64,000 bases of DNA from NCBI GenBank assembly GCA_964057225.1, contig OZ059895.1:4402001-4466000 (forward strand), given 5' to 3'. The notes beneath the pieces were generated by a model that had not been told where the DNA came from, made no database searches, and saw only the letters and a program-made list of their open reading frames with translations. The translations under genes were made by a program, and so were the position numbers. This document shows positions 1-12,684 of the stretch, in pieces. Each line of letters begins with the position of its first letter. Position 1 is the first letter of the stretch. Origin of the DNA: Auanema rhodensis (Eukaryota > Animalia > Nematoda).

Positions 1-3000
1 TTTTTCGAAAAATTTCAAGATAATTTAGCAAAAAGTAGATGTTTTTAGATTCCTTTTTTTAAGGCAAAGATGATGGACAATGTTATTCAACGAAAAAATT
101 AATTCTTCAGGGTGAAAATCGAGGATATAAGTGTGAACTTATATCAGTTGATATCTCGGTGAATTTTTAAGCTAGCGCAAATCTGATAAAACAGATCGAC
201 GCAGCTTAAAAATCCGCATCGAATGCACTATACTACATTGAGAAACGCTTAATACAAAAATTAGTTATGATCGTTTGAAAAATGATGCATTAGTGTATGT
301 TGAGTTTCCATGTACACTCAACATTGCTTCCAAAAACATTTTGACAAAAATGTTTTCAAAAAATTTCAAAATAATTTAGCAAAAAGTAGATGTTTTTAGA
401 TTCCTTTTTTTAAGGCAAAGATGATGGACAATGTTATTCAACGAAAAAATTAATTCTTCAGGGTGAAAATCGAGGATATAAGTGTGAACTTATATCAGTT
501 GATATCTCGTTGCATTTTCAAGCTAGCGCAAATCTGATAACACAGATCGACGCAGCTTAAAAATCCGCATCGAATGCACTATACTACATTGAGAAACGCT
601 TAATACAAAAATTAGTTATGATCGTTTGAAAAATGATGCATTAGTGTATGTTGAGTTTCCATGTACACTCAACATTGCTTCCAAAAACATTTTGACAAAA
701 ATTTTTTCGAAAAATTTCAAAATAATTTAGCAAAAAGTAGATGTTTTTAGATTCCTTTTTTTAAGGCAAAAATGATGGACAATGTTATTAAACGAAAAAA
801 TTAATTCTTCAGGGTGAAAATCGAGGATATAAGTGTGAACTTATATCAGTTGATATCTCGGTGCATTTTTAAGCTAGCGCAAATCTGATAACACAGATCG
901 ACGCAGCTTAAAAATCCGCATCGAATGCACTATACTACATTGAGAAACGCTTAATACAAAAATTAGTTATGATCGTTTGAAAAATGATGCATTAGTGTAT
1001 GTTGAGTTTCCATGTACACTCAACATTGCTTCCAAAAACATTTTGACAAAAATTTTTTCGAAAAATTTCAAAATAATTTAGCAAAAAGTAGATGTTTTTA
1101 GATTCCTTTTTTTAAGGCAAAAATGATGGACAATGTTATTAAACGAAAAAATTAATTCTTCAGGGTGAAAATCGAGGATATAAGTGTGAACTTATATCAG
1201 TTGATATCTCGGTGCATTTTTAAGCTAGCGCAAATCTGATAACACAGATCGACGCAGCTTAAAAATCCGCATCGAATGCACTATACTACATTGAGAAACG
1301 CTTAATACAAAAATTAGTTATGATCGTTTGAAAAATGATGCATTAGTGTATGTTGAGTTTCCATGTACACTCAACATTGCTTCCAAAAACATTTTGACAA
1401 AAATTTTTTCGAAAAATTTCAAAATAATTTAGCAAAAAGTAGATGTTTTTAGATTCCTTTTTTTAAGGCAAAAATGATGGACAATGTTATTAAACGAAAA
1501 AATTAATTCTTCAGGGTGAAAATCGAGGATATAAGTGTGAACTTATATCAGTTGATATCTCGGTGCATTTTTAAGCTAGCGCAAATCTGATAACACAGAT
1601 CGACGCAGCTTAAAAATCCGCATCGAATGCACTATACTACATTGAGAAACGCTTAATACAAAAATTAGTTATGATCGTTTGAAAAATGATGCATTAGTGT
1701 ATGTTGAGTTTCCATGTACACTCAACATTGCTTCCAAAAACATTTTGACAAAAATTTTTTCGAAAAATTTCAAAATAATTTAGCAAAAAGTAGATGTTTT
1801 TAGATTCCTTTTTTTAAGGCAAAGATGATGGACAATGTTATTCAACGAAAAAATTAATTCTTCAGGGTGAAAATCGAGGATATAAGTGTGAACTTATATC
1901 AGTTGATATCTCGTTGCATTTTCAAGCTAGCGCAAATCTGATAACACAGATCGACGCAGCTTAAAAATCCGCATCGAATGCACTATACTACATTGAGAAA
2001 CGCTTAATACAAAAATTAGTTATGATCGTTTGAAAAATGATGCATTAGTGTATGTTGAGTTTCCATGTACACTCAACATTGCTTCCAAAAACATTTTGAC
2101 AAAAATTTTTTCGAAAAATTTCAAAATAATTTAGCAAAAAGTAGATGTTTTTAGATTCCTTTTTTTAAGGCAAAAATGATGGACAATGTTATTAAACGAA
2201 AAAATTAATTCTTCAGGGTGAAAATCGAGGATATAAGTGTGAACTTATATCAGTTGATATCTCGGTGCATTTTTAAGCTAGCGCAAATCTGATAACACAG
2301 ATCGACGCAGCTTAAAAATCCGCATCGAATGCACTATACTACATTGAGAAACGCTTAATACAAAAATTAGTTATGATCGTTTGAAAAATGATGCATTAGT
2401 GTATGTTGAGTTTCCATGTACACTCAACATTGCTTCCAAAAACATTTTGACAAAAATTTTTTCGAAAAATTTCAAAATAATTTAGCAAAAAGTAGATGTT
2501 TTTAGATTCCTTTTTTTAAGGCAAAAATGATGGACAATGTTATTAAACGAAAAAATTAATTCTTCAGGGTGAAAATCGAGGATATAAGTGTGAACTTATA
2601 TCAGTTGATATCTCGGTGCATTTTTAAGCTAGCGCAAATCTGATAACACAGATCGACGCAGCTTAAAAATCCGCATCGAATGCACTATACTACATTGAGA
2701 AACGCTTAATACAAAAATTAGTTATGATCGTTTGAAAAATGATGCATTAGTGTATGTTGAGTTTCCATGTACACTCAACATTGCTTCCAAAAACATTTTG
2801 ACAAAAATTTTTTCGAAAAATTTCAAAATAATTTAGCAAAAAGTAGATGTTTTTAGATTCCTTTTTTTAAGGCAAAAATGATGGACAATGTTATTAAACG
2901 AAAAAATTAATTCTTCAGGGTGAAAATCGAGGATATAAGTGTGAACTTATATCAGTTGATATCTCGGTGCATTTTTAAGCTAGCGCAAATCTGATAACAC

Positions 3001-6000
3001 AGATCGACGCAGCTTAAAAATCCGCATCGAATGCACTATACTACATTGAGAAACGCTTAATACAAAAATTAGTTATGATCGTTTGAAAAATGATGCATTA
3101 GTGTATGTTGAGTTTCCATGTACACTCAACATTGCTTCCAAAAACATTTTGACAAAAATTTTTTCGAAAAATTTCAAAATAATTTAGCAAAAAGTAGATG
3201 TTTTTAGATTTTTTTTTTTAAGGCAAAGATGATGGACAATGTTATTCAACGAAAAAATTAATTCTTCAGGGTGAAAATCGAGGATATAAGTGTGAACTTA
3301 TATCAGTTGATATCTCGTTGCATTTTCAAGCTAGCGCAAATCTGATAACACAGATCGACGCAGCTTAAAAATCCGCATCGAATGCACTATACTACATTGA
3401 GAAACGCTTAATACAAAAATTAGTTATGATCGTTTGAAAAATGATGCATTAGTGTATGTTGAGTTTCCATGTACACTCAACATTGCTTCCAAAAACATTT
3501 TGACAAAAATTTTTTCGAAAAATTTCAAGATAATTTAGCAAAAAGTAGATGTTTTTAGATTCCTTTTTTTAAGGCAAAGATGATGGACAATGTTATTCAA
3601 CGAAAAAATTAATTCTTCAGGGTGAAAATCGAGGATATAAGTGTGAACTTATATCAGTTGATATCTCGGTGAATTTTTAAGCTAGCGCAAATCTGATAAA
3701 ACAGATCGACGCAGCTTAAAAATCCGCATCGAATGCACTATACTACATTGAGAAACGCTTAATACAAAAATTAGTTATGATCGTTTGAAAAATGATGCAT
3801 TAGTGTATGTTGAGTTTCCATGTACACTCAACATTGCTTCCAAAAACATTTTGACAAAAATTTTTTCGAAAAATTTCAAAATAATTTAGCAAAAAGTAGA
3901 TGTTTTTAGATTCCTTTTTTTAAGGCAAAAATGATGGACAATGTTATTAAACGAAAAAATTAATTCTTCAGGGTGAAAATCGAGGATATAAGTGTGAACT
4001 TATATCAGTTGATATCTCGGTGCATTTTTAAGCTAGCGCAAATCTGATAACACAGATCGACGCAGCTTAAAAATCCGCATCGAATGCACTATACTACATT
4101 GAGAAACGCTTAATACAAAAATTAGTTATGATCGTTTGAAAAATGATGCATTAGTGTATGTTGAGTTTCCATGTACACTCAACATTGCTTCCAAAAACAT
4201 TTTGACAAAAATTTTTTCGAAAAATTTCAAAATAATTTAGCAAAAAGTAGATGTTTTTAGATTTTTTTTTTTAAGGCAAAGATGATGGACAATGTTATTC
4301 AACGAAAAAATTAATTCTTCAGGGTGAAAATCGAGGATATAAGTGTGAACTTATATCAGTTGATATCTCGGTGAATTTTTAAGCTAGCGCAAATCTGATA
4401 AAACAGATCGACGCAGCTTAAAAATCCGCATCGAATGCACTATACTACATTGAGAAACGCTTAATACAAAAATTAGTTATGATCGTTTGAAAAATGATGC
4501 ATTAGTGTATGTTGAGTTTCCATGTACACTCAACATTGCTTCCAAAAACATTTTGACAAAAATTTTTTCGAAAAATTTCAAAATAATTTAGCAAAAAGTA
4601 GATGTTTTTAGATTCCTTTTTTTAAGGCAAAAATGATGGACAATGTTATTAAACGAAAAAATTAATTCTTCAGGGTGAAAATCGAGGATATAAGTGTGAA
4701 CTTATATCAGTTGATATCTCGGTGCATTTTTAAGCTAGCGCAAATCTGATAACACAGATCGACGCAGCTTAAAAATCCGCATCGAATGCACTATACTACA
4801 TTGAGAAACGCTTAATACAAAAATTAGTTATGATCGTTTGAAAAATGATGCATTAGTGTATGTTGAGTTTCCATGTACACTCAACATTGCTTCCAAAAAC
4901 ATTTTGACAAAAATTTTTTCGAAAAATTTCAAAATAATTTAGCAAAAAGTAGATGTTTTTAGATTCCTTTTTTCAAGGCAAAGATGATGGACAATGTTAT
5001 TCAACGAAAAAATTAATTCTTCAGGGTGAAAATCGAGGATATAAGTGTGAACATATATCAGTTGATATCTCGTTGCATTTTTAAGCTAGCGCAAATCTGA
5101 TAACACAGATCGACGCAGCTTAAAAATCCGCATCGAATGCACTATACTACATTGAGAAACGCTTAATACAAAAATTAGTTATGATCGTTTGAAAAATGAT
5201 GCATTAGTGTATGTTGAGTTTCCATGTACACTCAACATTGCTTCCAAAAACATTTTGACAAAAATTTTTTCGAAAAATTTCAAAATAATTTAGCAAAAAG
5301 TAGATGTTTTTAGATTCCTTTTTTCAAGGCAAAGATGATGGACAATGTTATTCAACGAAAAAATTAATTCTTCAGGGTGAAAATCGAGGATATAAGTGTG
5401 AACTTATATCAGTTGATATCTCGTTGCATTTTCAAGCTAGCGCAAATCTGATAACACAGATCGACGCAGCTTAAAAATCCGCATCGAATGCACTATACTA
5501 CATTAAGAAACGCTTAATATAAAAATTAGTTATGATCGTTTGAAAAATGATGCATTAGTGTATGTTGAGTTTCCATGTACACTCAACATTGCTTCCAAAA
5601 ACATTTTGACAAAAATGTTTTCAAAAAATTTCAAAATAATTTAGCAAAAAGTAGATGTTTTTAGATTCCTTTTTTTAAGGCAAAGATGATGGACAATGTT
5701 ATTCAACGAAAAAATTAATTCTTCAGGGTGAAAATCGAGGATATAAGTGTGAACTTATATCAGTTGATATCTCGTTGCATTTTCAAGCTAGCGCAAATCT
5801 GATAACACAGATCGACGCAGCTTAAAAATCCGCATCGAATGCACTATACTACACTGAGAAACGCTTAATACAAAAATTAGTTATGATCGTTTGAAAAATG
5901 ATGCATTAGTGTATGTTGAGTTTCCATGTACACTCAACATTGCTTCCAAAAACATTTTGACAAAAATTTTTTCGAAAAATTTCAAAATAATTTAGCAAAA

Positions 6001-9000
6001 AGTAGATGTTTTTAGATTCCTTTTTTTAAGGCAAAAATGATGGACAATGTTATTAAACGAAAAAATTAATTCTTCAGGGTGAAAATCGAGGATATAAGTG
6101 TGAACTTATATCAGTTGATATCTCGGTGCATTTTTAAGCTAGCGCAAATCTGATAACACAGATCGACGCAGCTTAAAAATCCGCATCGAATGCACTATAC
6201 TACACTGAGAAACGCTTAATACAAAAATTAGTTATGATCGTTTGAAAAATGATGCATTAGTGTATGTTGAGTTTCCATGTACACTCAACATTGCTTCCAA
6301 AAACATTTTGACAAAAATTTTTTCGAAAAATTTCAAAATAATTTAGCAAAAAGTAGATGTTTTTAGATTCCTTTTTTTAAGGCAAAAATGATGGACAATG
6401 TTATTAAACGAAAAAATTAATTCTTCAGGGTGAAAATCGAGGATATAAGTGTGAACTTATATCAGTTGATATCTCGTTGCATTTTCAAGCTAGCGCAAAT
6501 CTGATAACACAGATCGACGCAGCTTAAAAATCCGCATCGAATGCACTATACTACATTGAGAAACGCTTAATACAAAAATTAGTTATGATCGTTTGAAAAA
6601 TGATGCATTAGTGTATGTTGAGTTTCCATGTACACTCAACATTGCTTCCAAAAACATTTTGACAAAAATTTTTTCGAAAAATTTCAAAATAATTTAGCAA
6701 AAAGTAGATGTTTTTAGATTCCTTTTTTTAAGGCAAAGATGATGGACAATGTTATTCAACGAAAAAATTAATTCTTCAGGGTGAAAATCGAGGATATAAG
6801 TGTGAACTTATATCAGTTGATATCTCGGTGAATTTTTAAGCTAGCGCAAATCTGATAACACAGATCGACGCAGCTTAAAAATCCGCATCGAATGCACTAT
6901 ACTACATTGAGAAACGCTTAATACAAAAATTAGTTATGATTGTTTGAAAAATGATGCATTAGTGTATGTTGAGTTTCCATGTACACTCAACATTGCTTCC
7001 AAAAACATTTTGACAAAAATTTTTTCGAAAAATTTCAAAATAATTTAGCAAAAAGTAGATGTTTTTAGATTCCTTTTTTTAAGGCAAAAATGATGGACAA
7101 TGTTATTAAACGAAAAAATTAATTCTTCAGGGTGAAAATCGAGGATATAAGTGTGAACTTATATCAGTTGATATCTCGGTGCATTTTTAAGCTAGCGCAA
7201 ATCTGATAACACAGATCGACGCAGCTTAAAAATCCGCATCGAATGCACTATACTACACTGAGAAACGCTTAATACAAAAATTAGTTATGATCGTTTGAAA
7301 AATGATGCATTAGTGTATGTTGAGTTTCCATGTACACTCAACATTGCTTCCAAAAACATTTTGACAAAAATTTTTTCGAAAAATTTCAAAATAATTTAGC
7401 AAAAAGTAGATGTTTTTAGATTCCTTTTTTTAAGGCAAAAATGATGGACAATGTTATTAAACGAAAAAATTAATTCTTCAGGGTGAAAATCGAGGATATA
7501 AGTGTGAACTTATATCAGTTGATATCTCGTTGCATTTTCAAGCTAGCGCAAATCTGATAACACAGATCGACGCAGCTTAAAAATCCGCATCGAATGCACT
7601 ATACTACATTGAGAAACGCTTAATACAAAAATTAGTTATGATCGTTTGAAAAATGATGCATTAGTGTATGTTGAGTTTCCATGTACACTCAACATTGCTT
7701 CCAAAAACATTTTGACAAAAATTTTTTCGAAAAATTTCAAAATAATTTAGCAAAAAGTAGATGTTTTTAGATTCCTTTTTTTAAGGCAAAGATGATGGAC
7801 AATGTTATTCAACGAAAAAATTAATTCTTCAGGGTGAAAATCGAGGATATAAGTGTGAACTTATATCAGTTGATATCTCGGTGAATTTTTAAGCTAGCGC
7901 AAATCTGATAACACAGATCGACGCAGCTTAAAAATCCGCATCGAATGCACTATACTACATTGAGAAACGCTTAATACAAAAATTAGTTATGATCGTTTGA
8001 AAAATGATGCATTAGTGTATGTTGAGTTTCCATGTACACTCAACATTGCTTCCAAAAACATTTTGACAAAAATTTTTTCGAAAAATTTCGAAATAATTTA
8101 GCAAAAAGTAGATGTTTTTAGATTCCTTTTTTTAAGGCAAAAATGATGGACAATGTTATTAAACGAAAAAATTAATTCTTCAGGGTGAAAATCGAGGATA
8201 TAAGTGTGAACTTATATCAGTTGATATCTCGGTGCATTTTTAAGCTAGCGCAAATCTCATAACACAGATCGACGCAGCTTAAAAATCCGCATCGAATGCA
8301 CTATACTACATTGAGAAACGCTTAATACAAAAATTAGTTATGATCGTTTGAAAAATGATGCATTAGTGTATGTTGAGTTTCCATGTACACTCAACATTGC
8401 TTCCAAAAACATTTTGACAAAAATTTTTTCGAAAAATTTCAAAATAATTTAGCAAAAAGTAGATGTTTTTAGATTCCTTTATTCAAGGCAAAGATGATGG
8501 ACAATGTTATTCAACGAAAAAACTTCAGGGTGAAAATCGAGGATATAAGTGTGAACTTATATCAGTTGATATCTCGGTGCATTTTCAAGCTAGCGCAAAT
8601 CTGATAACACAGATCGACGCAGCTTAAAAATCCGCATCGAATGCACTATACTACATTGAGAAACGCTTAATACAAAAATTAGTTATGATCGTTTGAAAAA
8701 TGATGCATTAGTGTATGTTGAGTTTCCATGTACACTCAACATTGCTTCCAAAAACATTTTGACAAAAATTTTTTCGAAAAATTTCAAAATAATTTAGCAA
8801 AAAGTAGATGTTTTTAGATTTCTTTTTTTAAGGCAAAGATGATGGACAATGTTATTCAACGAAAAAATTAATTCTTCAGGGTGAAAATCGAGGATATAAG
8901 TGTGAACTTATATCAGTTGATATCTCGTTGCATTTTCAAGCTAGCGCAAATCTGATAACACAGATCGACGCAGCTTAAAAATCCGCATCGAATGCACTAT

Positions 9001-11146
9001 ACTACATTGAGAAACGCTTAATACAAAAATTAGTTATGATCGTTTGAAAAATGATGCATTAGTGTATGTTGAGTTTCCATGTACACTCAACATTGCTTCC
9101 AAAAACATTTTGACAAAAATTTTTTCGAAAAATTTCAAAATAATTTAGCAAAAAGTAGATGTTTTTAGATTCCTTTATTCAAGGCAAAGATGATGGACAA
9201 TGTTATTCAACGAAAAAACTTCAGGGTGAAAATCGAGGATATAAGTGTGAACTTATATCAGTTGATATCTCGGTGCATTTTCAAGCTAGCGCAAATCTGA
9301 TAACACAGATCGACGCAGCTTAAAAATCCGCATCGAATGCACTATACTACATTGAGAAACGCTTAATACAAAAATTAGTTATGATCGTTTGAAAAATGAT
9401 GCATTAGTGTATGTTGAGTTTCCATGTACACTCAACATTGCTTCCAAAAACATTTTGACAAAAATTTTTTCGAAAAATTTCAAAATAATTTAGCAAAAAG
9501 TAGATGTTTTTAGATTTCTTTTTTTAAGGCAAAGATGATGGACAATGTTATTCAACGAAAAAATTAATTCTTCAGGGTGAAAATCGAGGATATAAGTGTG
9601 AACTTATATCAGTTGATATCTCGTTGCATTTTCAAGCTAGCGCAAATCTGATAACACAGATCGACGCAGCTTAAAAATCCGCATCGAATGCACTATACTA
9701 CATTGAGAAACGCTTAATACAAAAATTAGTTATGATCGTTTGAAAAATGATGCATTAGTGTATGTTGAGTTTCCATGTACACTCAACATTGCTTCCAAAA
9801 ACATTTTGACAAAAATTTTTTCGAAAAATTTCAAAATAATTTAGCAAAAAGTAGATGTTTTTAGATTCCTTTATTCAAGGCAAAGATGATGGACAATGTT
9901 ATTCAACGAAAAAACTTCAGGGTGAAAATCGAGGATATAAGTGTGAACTTATATCAGTTGATATCTCGGTGCATTTTCAAGCTAGCGCAAATCTGATAAC
10001 ACAGATCGACGCAGCTTAAAAATCCGCATCGAATGCACTATACTACATTGAGAAACGCTTAATACAAAAATTAGTTATGATCGTTTGAAAAATGATGCAT
10101 TAGTGTATGTTGAGTTTCCATGTACACTCAACATTGCTTCCAAAAACATTTTGACAAAAATTTTTTCGAAAAATTTCAAAATAATTTAGCAAAAAGTAGA
10201 TGTTTTTAGATTCCTTTTTTTAAGGCAAAAATGATGGACAATGTTATTAAACGAAAAAATTAATTCTTCAGGGTGAAAATCGAGGATATAAGTGTGAACT
10301 TATATCAGTTGATATCTCGGTGCATTTTCAAGCTAGCGCAAATCTGATAACACAGATCGACGCAGCTTAAAAATCCGCATCGAATGCACTATACAACATT
10401 GAGAAACGCTCAATACAAAAATTAGTTATGATCGTTTGAAAAATGATGCATTAGTGTATGTTGAGTTTCCATGTACACTCAACATTGCTTCCAAAAACAT
10501 TTTGACAAAAATTTTTTCGAAAAATTTCAAAATAATTTAGCAAAAAGTAGATGTTTTTAGATTCCTTTTTTCAAGGCAAAAATGATGGACAATGTTATTA
10601 AACGAAAAAATTAATTCTTCAGGGTGAAAATCGAGGATATAAGTGTGAACTTATATCAGTTGATATCTCGGTGCATTTTCAAGCTAGCGCAAATCTGATA
10701 ACACAGATCGACGCAGCTTAAAAATCCGCATCGAATGCACTATACTACATTGAGAAACGCTTAATACAAAAATTAGTTATGATCGTTTGAAAAATGATGC
10801 ATTAGTGTATGTTGAGTTTCCATGTACACTCAACATTGCTTCCAAAAACATTTTGACAAAAATTTTTTCGAAAAATTTCAAAATAATTTAGCAAAAAGTA
10901 GATGTTTTCAGATTCCTTTTTTTAAGGCAAAGATGATGGACAATGTTATTCAACAAAAAAATTAATTCTTCAGGGTGAAAATCGAGGATATAAGTGTGAA
11001 CTTATATCAGTTGATATCTCGGTGCATTTTCAAGCTAGCGCAAATCTGATAACACAGATCGACGCAGCTTAAAAATCCGCATCGAATGCACTATACTACA
11101 TTGAGAAACGCTTAATACAAAAATTAGTTATGATCGTTTGAAAAAT
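1..11146 (+). repeat. 351-bp AT-rich tandem satellite array, left block (about 32 monomers; subfamily with TACTACATT and mostly TTTAAGGC)
   Basis: The same sequence recurs at 1, 3511 (10x351) and 7021 (20x351). Monomers differ by a few substitutions. Three monomers carry a 6-bp deletion (near 8522, 9218, 9914). Confidence 0.99.
8470..10200 (+). repeat. 696-bp dimeric higher-order repeat (351-bp monomer plus 345-bp TTAATT-deleted monomer), about 2.5-3 copies
   Basis: CAACGAAAAAA|CTTCAGG deletion junctions at 8522, 9218 and 9914 are spaced exactly 696 bp and are always linked to the CCTTTATTCAAGG variant. Boundaries are approximate. Confidence 0.93.
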
Positions 11147-11527
11147 AGAATTTTTTTACTATAATAAGACGTAAAAAAGAGATTATATTTATTCGACTGT
11201 TAGCTATATTGTTTACATTGACCTCACGTTACAAAAAAAAAAATTTTTTTGAATAGGGTAATAAGACCGTGGGAAAGGCGGGCTTTAAGTATTGGCGGGA
11301 ACCGGGTTCTCAAGTCAATTCTATCAGTAAAACACTTCATAATTTCTAAAAAGTTAAAGGGGACACAAAACGATACTGACAGAGAGATCTTCGGATAAGG
11401 ATGAGCAGGATCTATCTTCTTGGAACTGGGTTCTTCGAGGGGCGTCGGAATCTAAAGAAAAACGTAATCTAGAGAGCGCGAGGAAGGGACTCCGTAGGTG
11501 GAGACCAAGGGGTGGAAGGTGGGACTC
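11147..11527 (-). repeat. 3' non-coding end of copy 1: right ITR plus 3' extension (rE, about 11147-11181). The inner ITR boundary cannot be defined because the left ITR is missing.
   Basis: 11144-11199 is a perfect 56-bp reverse complement of 11528-11583, and 11182-11206 is directly repeated at 11581-11605. This is the pattern expected for rE and the ITR end versus the ICR. Confidence 0.75.
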
Positions 11528-11605
11528 CAGTCGAATAAATATAATCTCTTTTTTACGTCTTATTATAGTAAAAAAATTCTATTATATTTATTCGACTGTT
11601 AGCTA
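11528..11605. other. Internal complementary region (ICR) of copy 1, the template for the circle junction
   Basis: On + it reads [element 3' end ...GTAAAAAAATTCT]-ATT-[ATATTTATTCGACTGTTAGCTA, the predicted 5' ITR start]. It has 18-bp inverted arms at 11528-11545 and 11581-11598 and overlaps the YR stop codon. Confidence 0.88.
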
Positions 11606-12684
11606 GTTAAAGAAAATAAGGAGTCCTGGAAAGAGCGTCTCTTGCAATAGTGTTTGAAGAAGGTGCTTTCCGAGGCCCAGTTAGCTGCGTCTAAGATAGT
11701 TTTGACAGGCAGTCCATTCTTAAAAGCTTTGGACGTAGCGGCAGCACGTACTGAGTGAGCTTTGAATTTTGTGGGGATTCCCGCTTCTTCTAGGCAAGTT
11801 CTAATCCAACCCGCTACCGTAGTTGCGACTACTGGTTCTCCTCTGTTAATGCTAACTAGAAGGTTTCGCGATCGACGAGTATGCATGGTAGCCGTCAGGT
11901 AGGCATTTATGCAATCAATGGGGCAGACAAGAGGGCGTTCTGAATGGCTTTCGAAACAAGCTTCGCGGGGAGGGCCCTTGCCCCTATTCTTGTTCCTGAA
12001 TTCGATGAAGAAGGTGACCCCTCGTGTGTCAAAGCGCATATGGTCGAGTGATAGCGCCGATAGTTCCGATGCTCGTTGAGGGGAGCACATAGCTAAGAGG
12101 GTAGCTAGCTTGCGGGTTAGACAGTCTAAGGACAGCGAATCGTTAGGACCTAGACTTTCTAGGTGAGCCAAGACCGTAGAAGGGTCCCAGATATCCATGT
12201 ATCTAGCGTGTGGAGGCTTGGAACGATATATCCCGCGGAGAAGCTTTTTTAACATCGGATCGTCCCGGAGTGGGGGAGTTACGGAATAGTGTTCAGCGAG
12301 AAGGCAGAGAGCCGCCCTTGCTGTAGCAGCTGAGGAAAAACCGTTGTTCTCTGCTCGATGGGCTAAGAAATTGGCAACATTTTTTGCATTGGGGATGAAC
12401 TCGATCTGGGATAGCTTGCAATAATTCTCCCAAGCTTTGTAAGCCGTGTTATATTGTTTTCGGGTACCAGGAGCGAAAGCGTTTACCAATAGTAGTTTGG
12501 TCTGGTCCGATATTCCTTCTATGTTGGCGGTGAAATCCTCCACGCCGCCAGGAAAAAATTTCTTGTCCCCAGGAGGGGGTGAGAGTTGCCTTTCTTGTCT
12601 TGGAGAAGGCTGGGATGATGGAGGCTCATTGGGGGTTCCTGGACTAGTTGGGACAGAAGGGGAAACCAGATCTGGCTTTTCCAA
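11599..12684 (-). CDS. Tyrosine recombinase of the DIRS element (true start uncertain; annotated start is TTG, first ATG is M144 at 12255)
   Basis: Catalytic signature R (SPQRASEL), HxxR (HSVR, 11746-11757), W and Y (ANWASESTFFKHY). N-terminal core-binding region APGTRKQYNTAYKAW. No internal stops. Confidence 0.95.
   Translation of the reverse strand: MEKPDLVSPSVPTSPGTPNEPPSSQPSPRQERQLSPPPGDKKFFPGGVEDFTANIEGISDQTKLLLVNAFAPGTRKQYNTAYKAWENYCKLSQIEFIPNAKNVANFLAHRAENNGFSSAATARAALCLLAEHYSVTPPLRDDPMLKKLLRGIYRSKPPHARYMDIWDPSTVLAHLESLGPNDSLSLDCLTRKLATLLAMCSPQRASELSALSLDHMRFDTRGVTFFIEFRNKNRGKGPPREACFESHSERPLVCPIDCINAYLTATMHTRRSRNLLVSINRGEPVVATTVAGWIRTCLEEAGIPTKFKAHSVRAAATSKAFKNGLPVKTILDAANWASESTFFKHYCKRRSFQDSLFSLTS

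Noticed and set aside
190-275. Two GATC sites per monomer as targets of the element's Dam-like domain
   Set aside because: Two 4-mers in 351 bp is unremarkable, and the specificity and activity of the domain are unknown.
1-351. Monomer as a diverged dimer of about 175-bp subunits
   Set aside because: No convincing similarity between the halves by eye. Only the hairpin spacing is half-periodic.
11147-11605. PAT- or Ngaro-type split direct repeats
   Set aside because: The dominant terminal relationship is inverted (56 bp). The 25-bp direct match is explained as the ICR half complementary to the missing left ITR.
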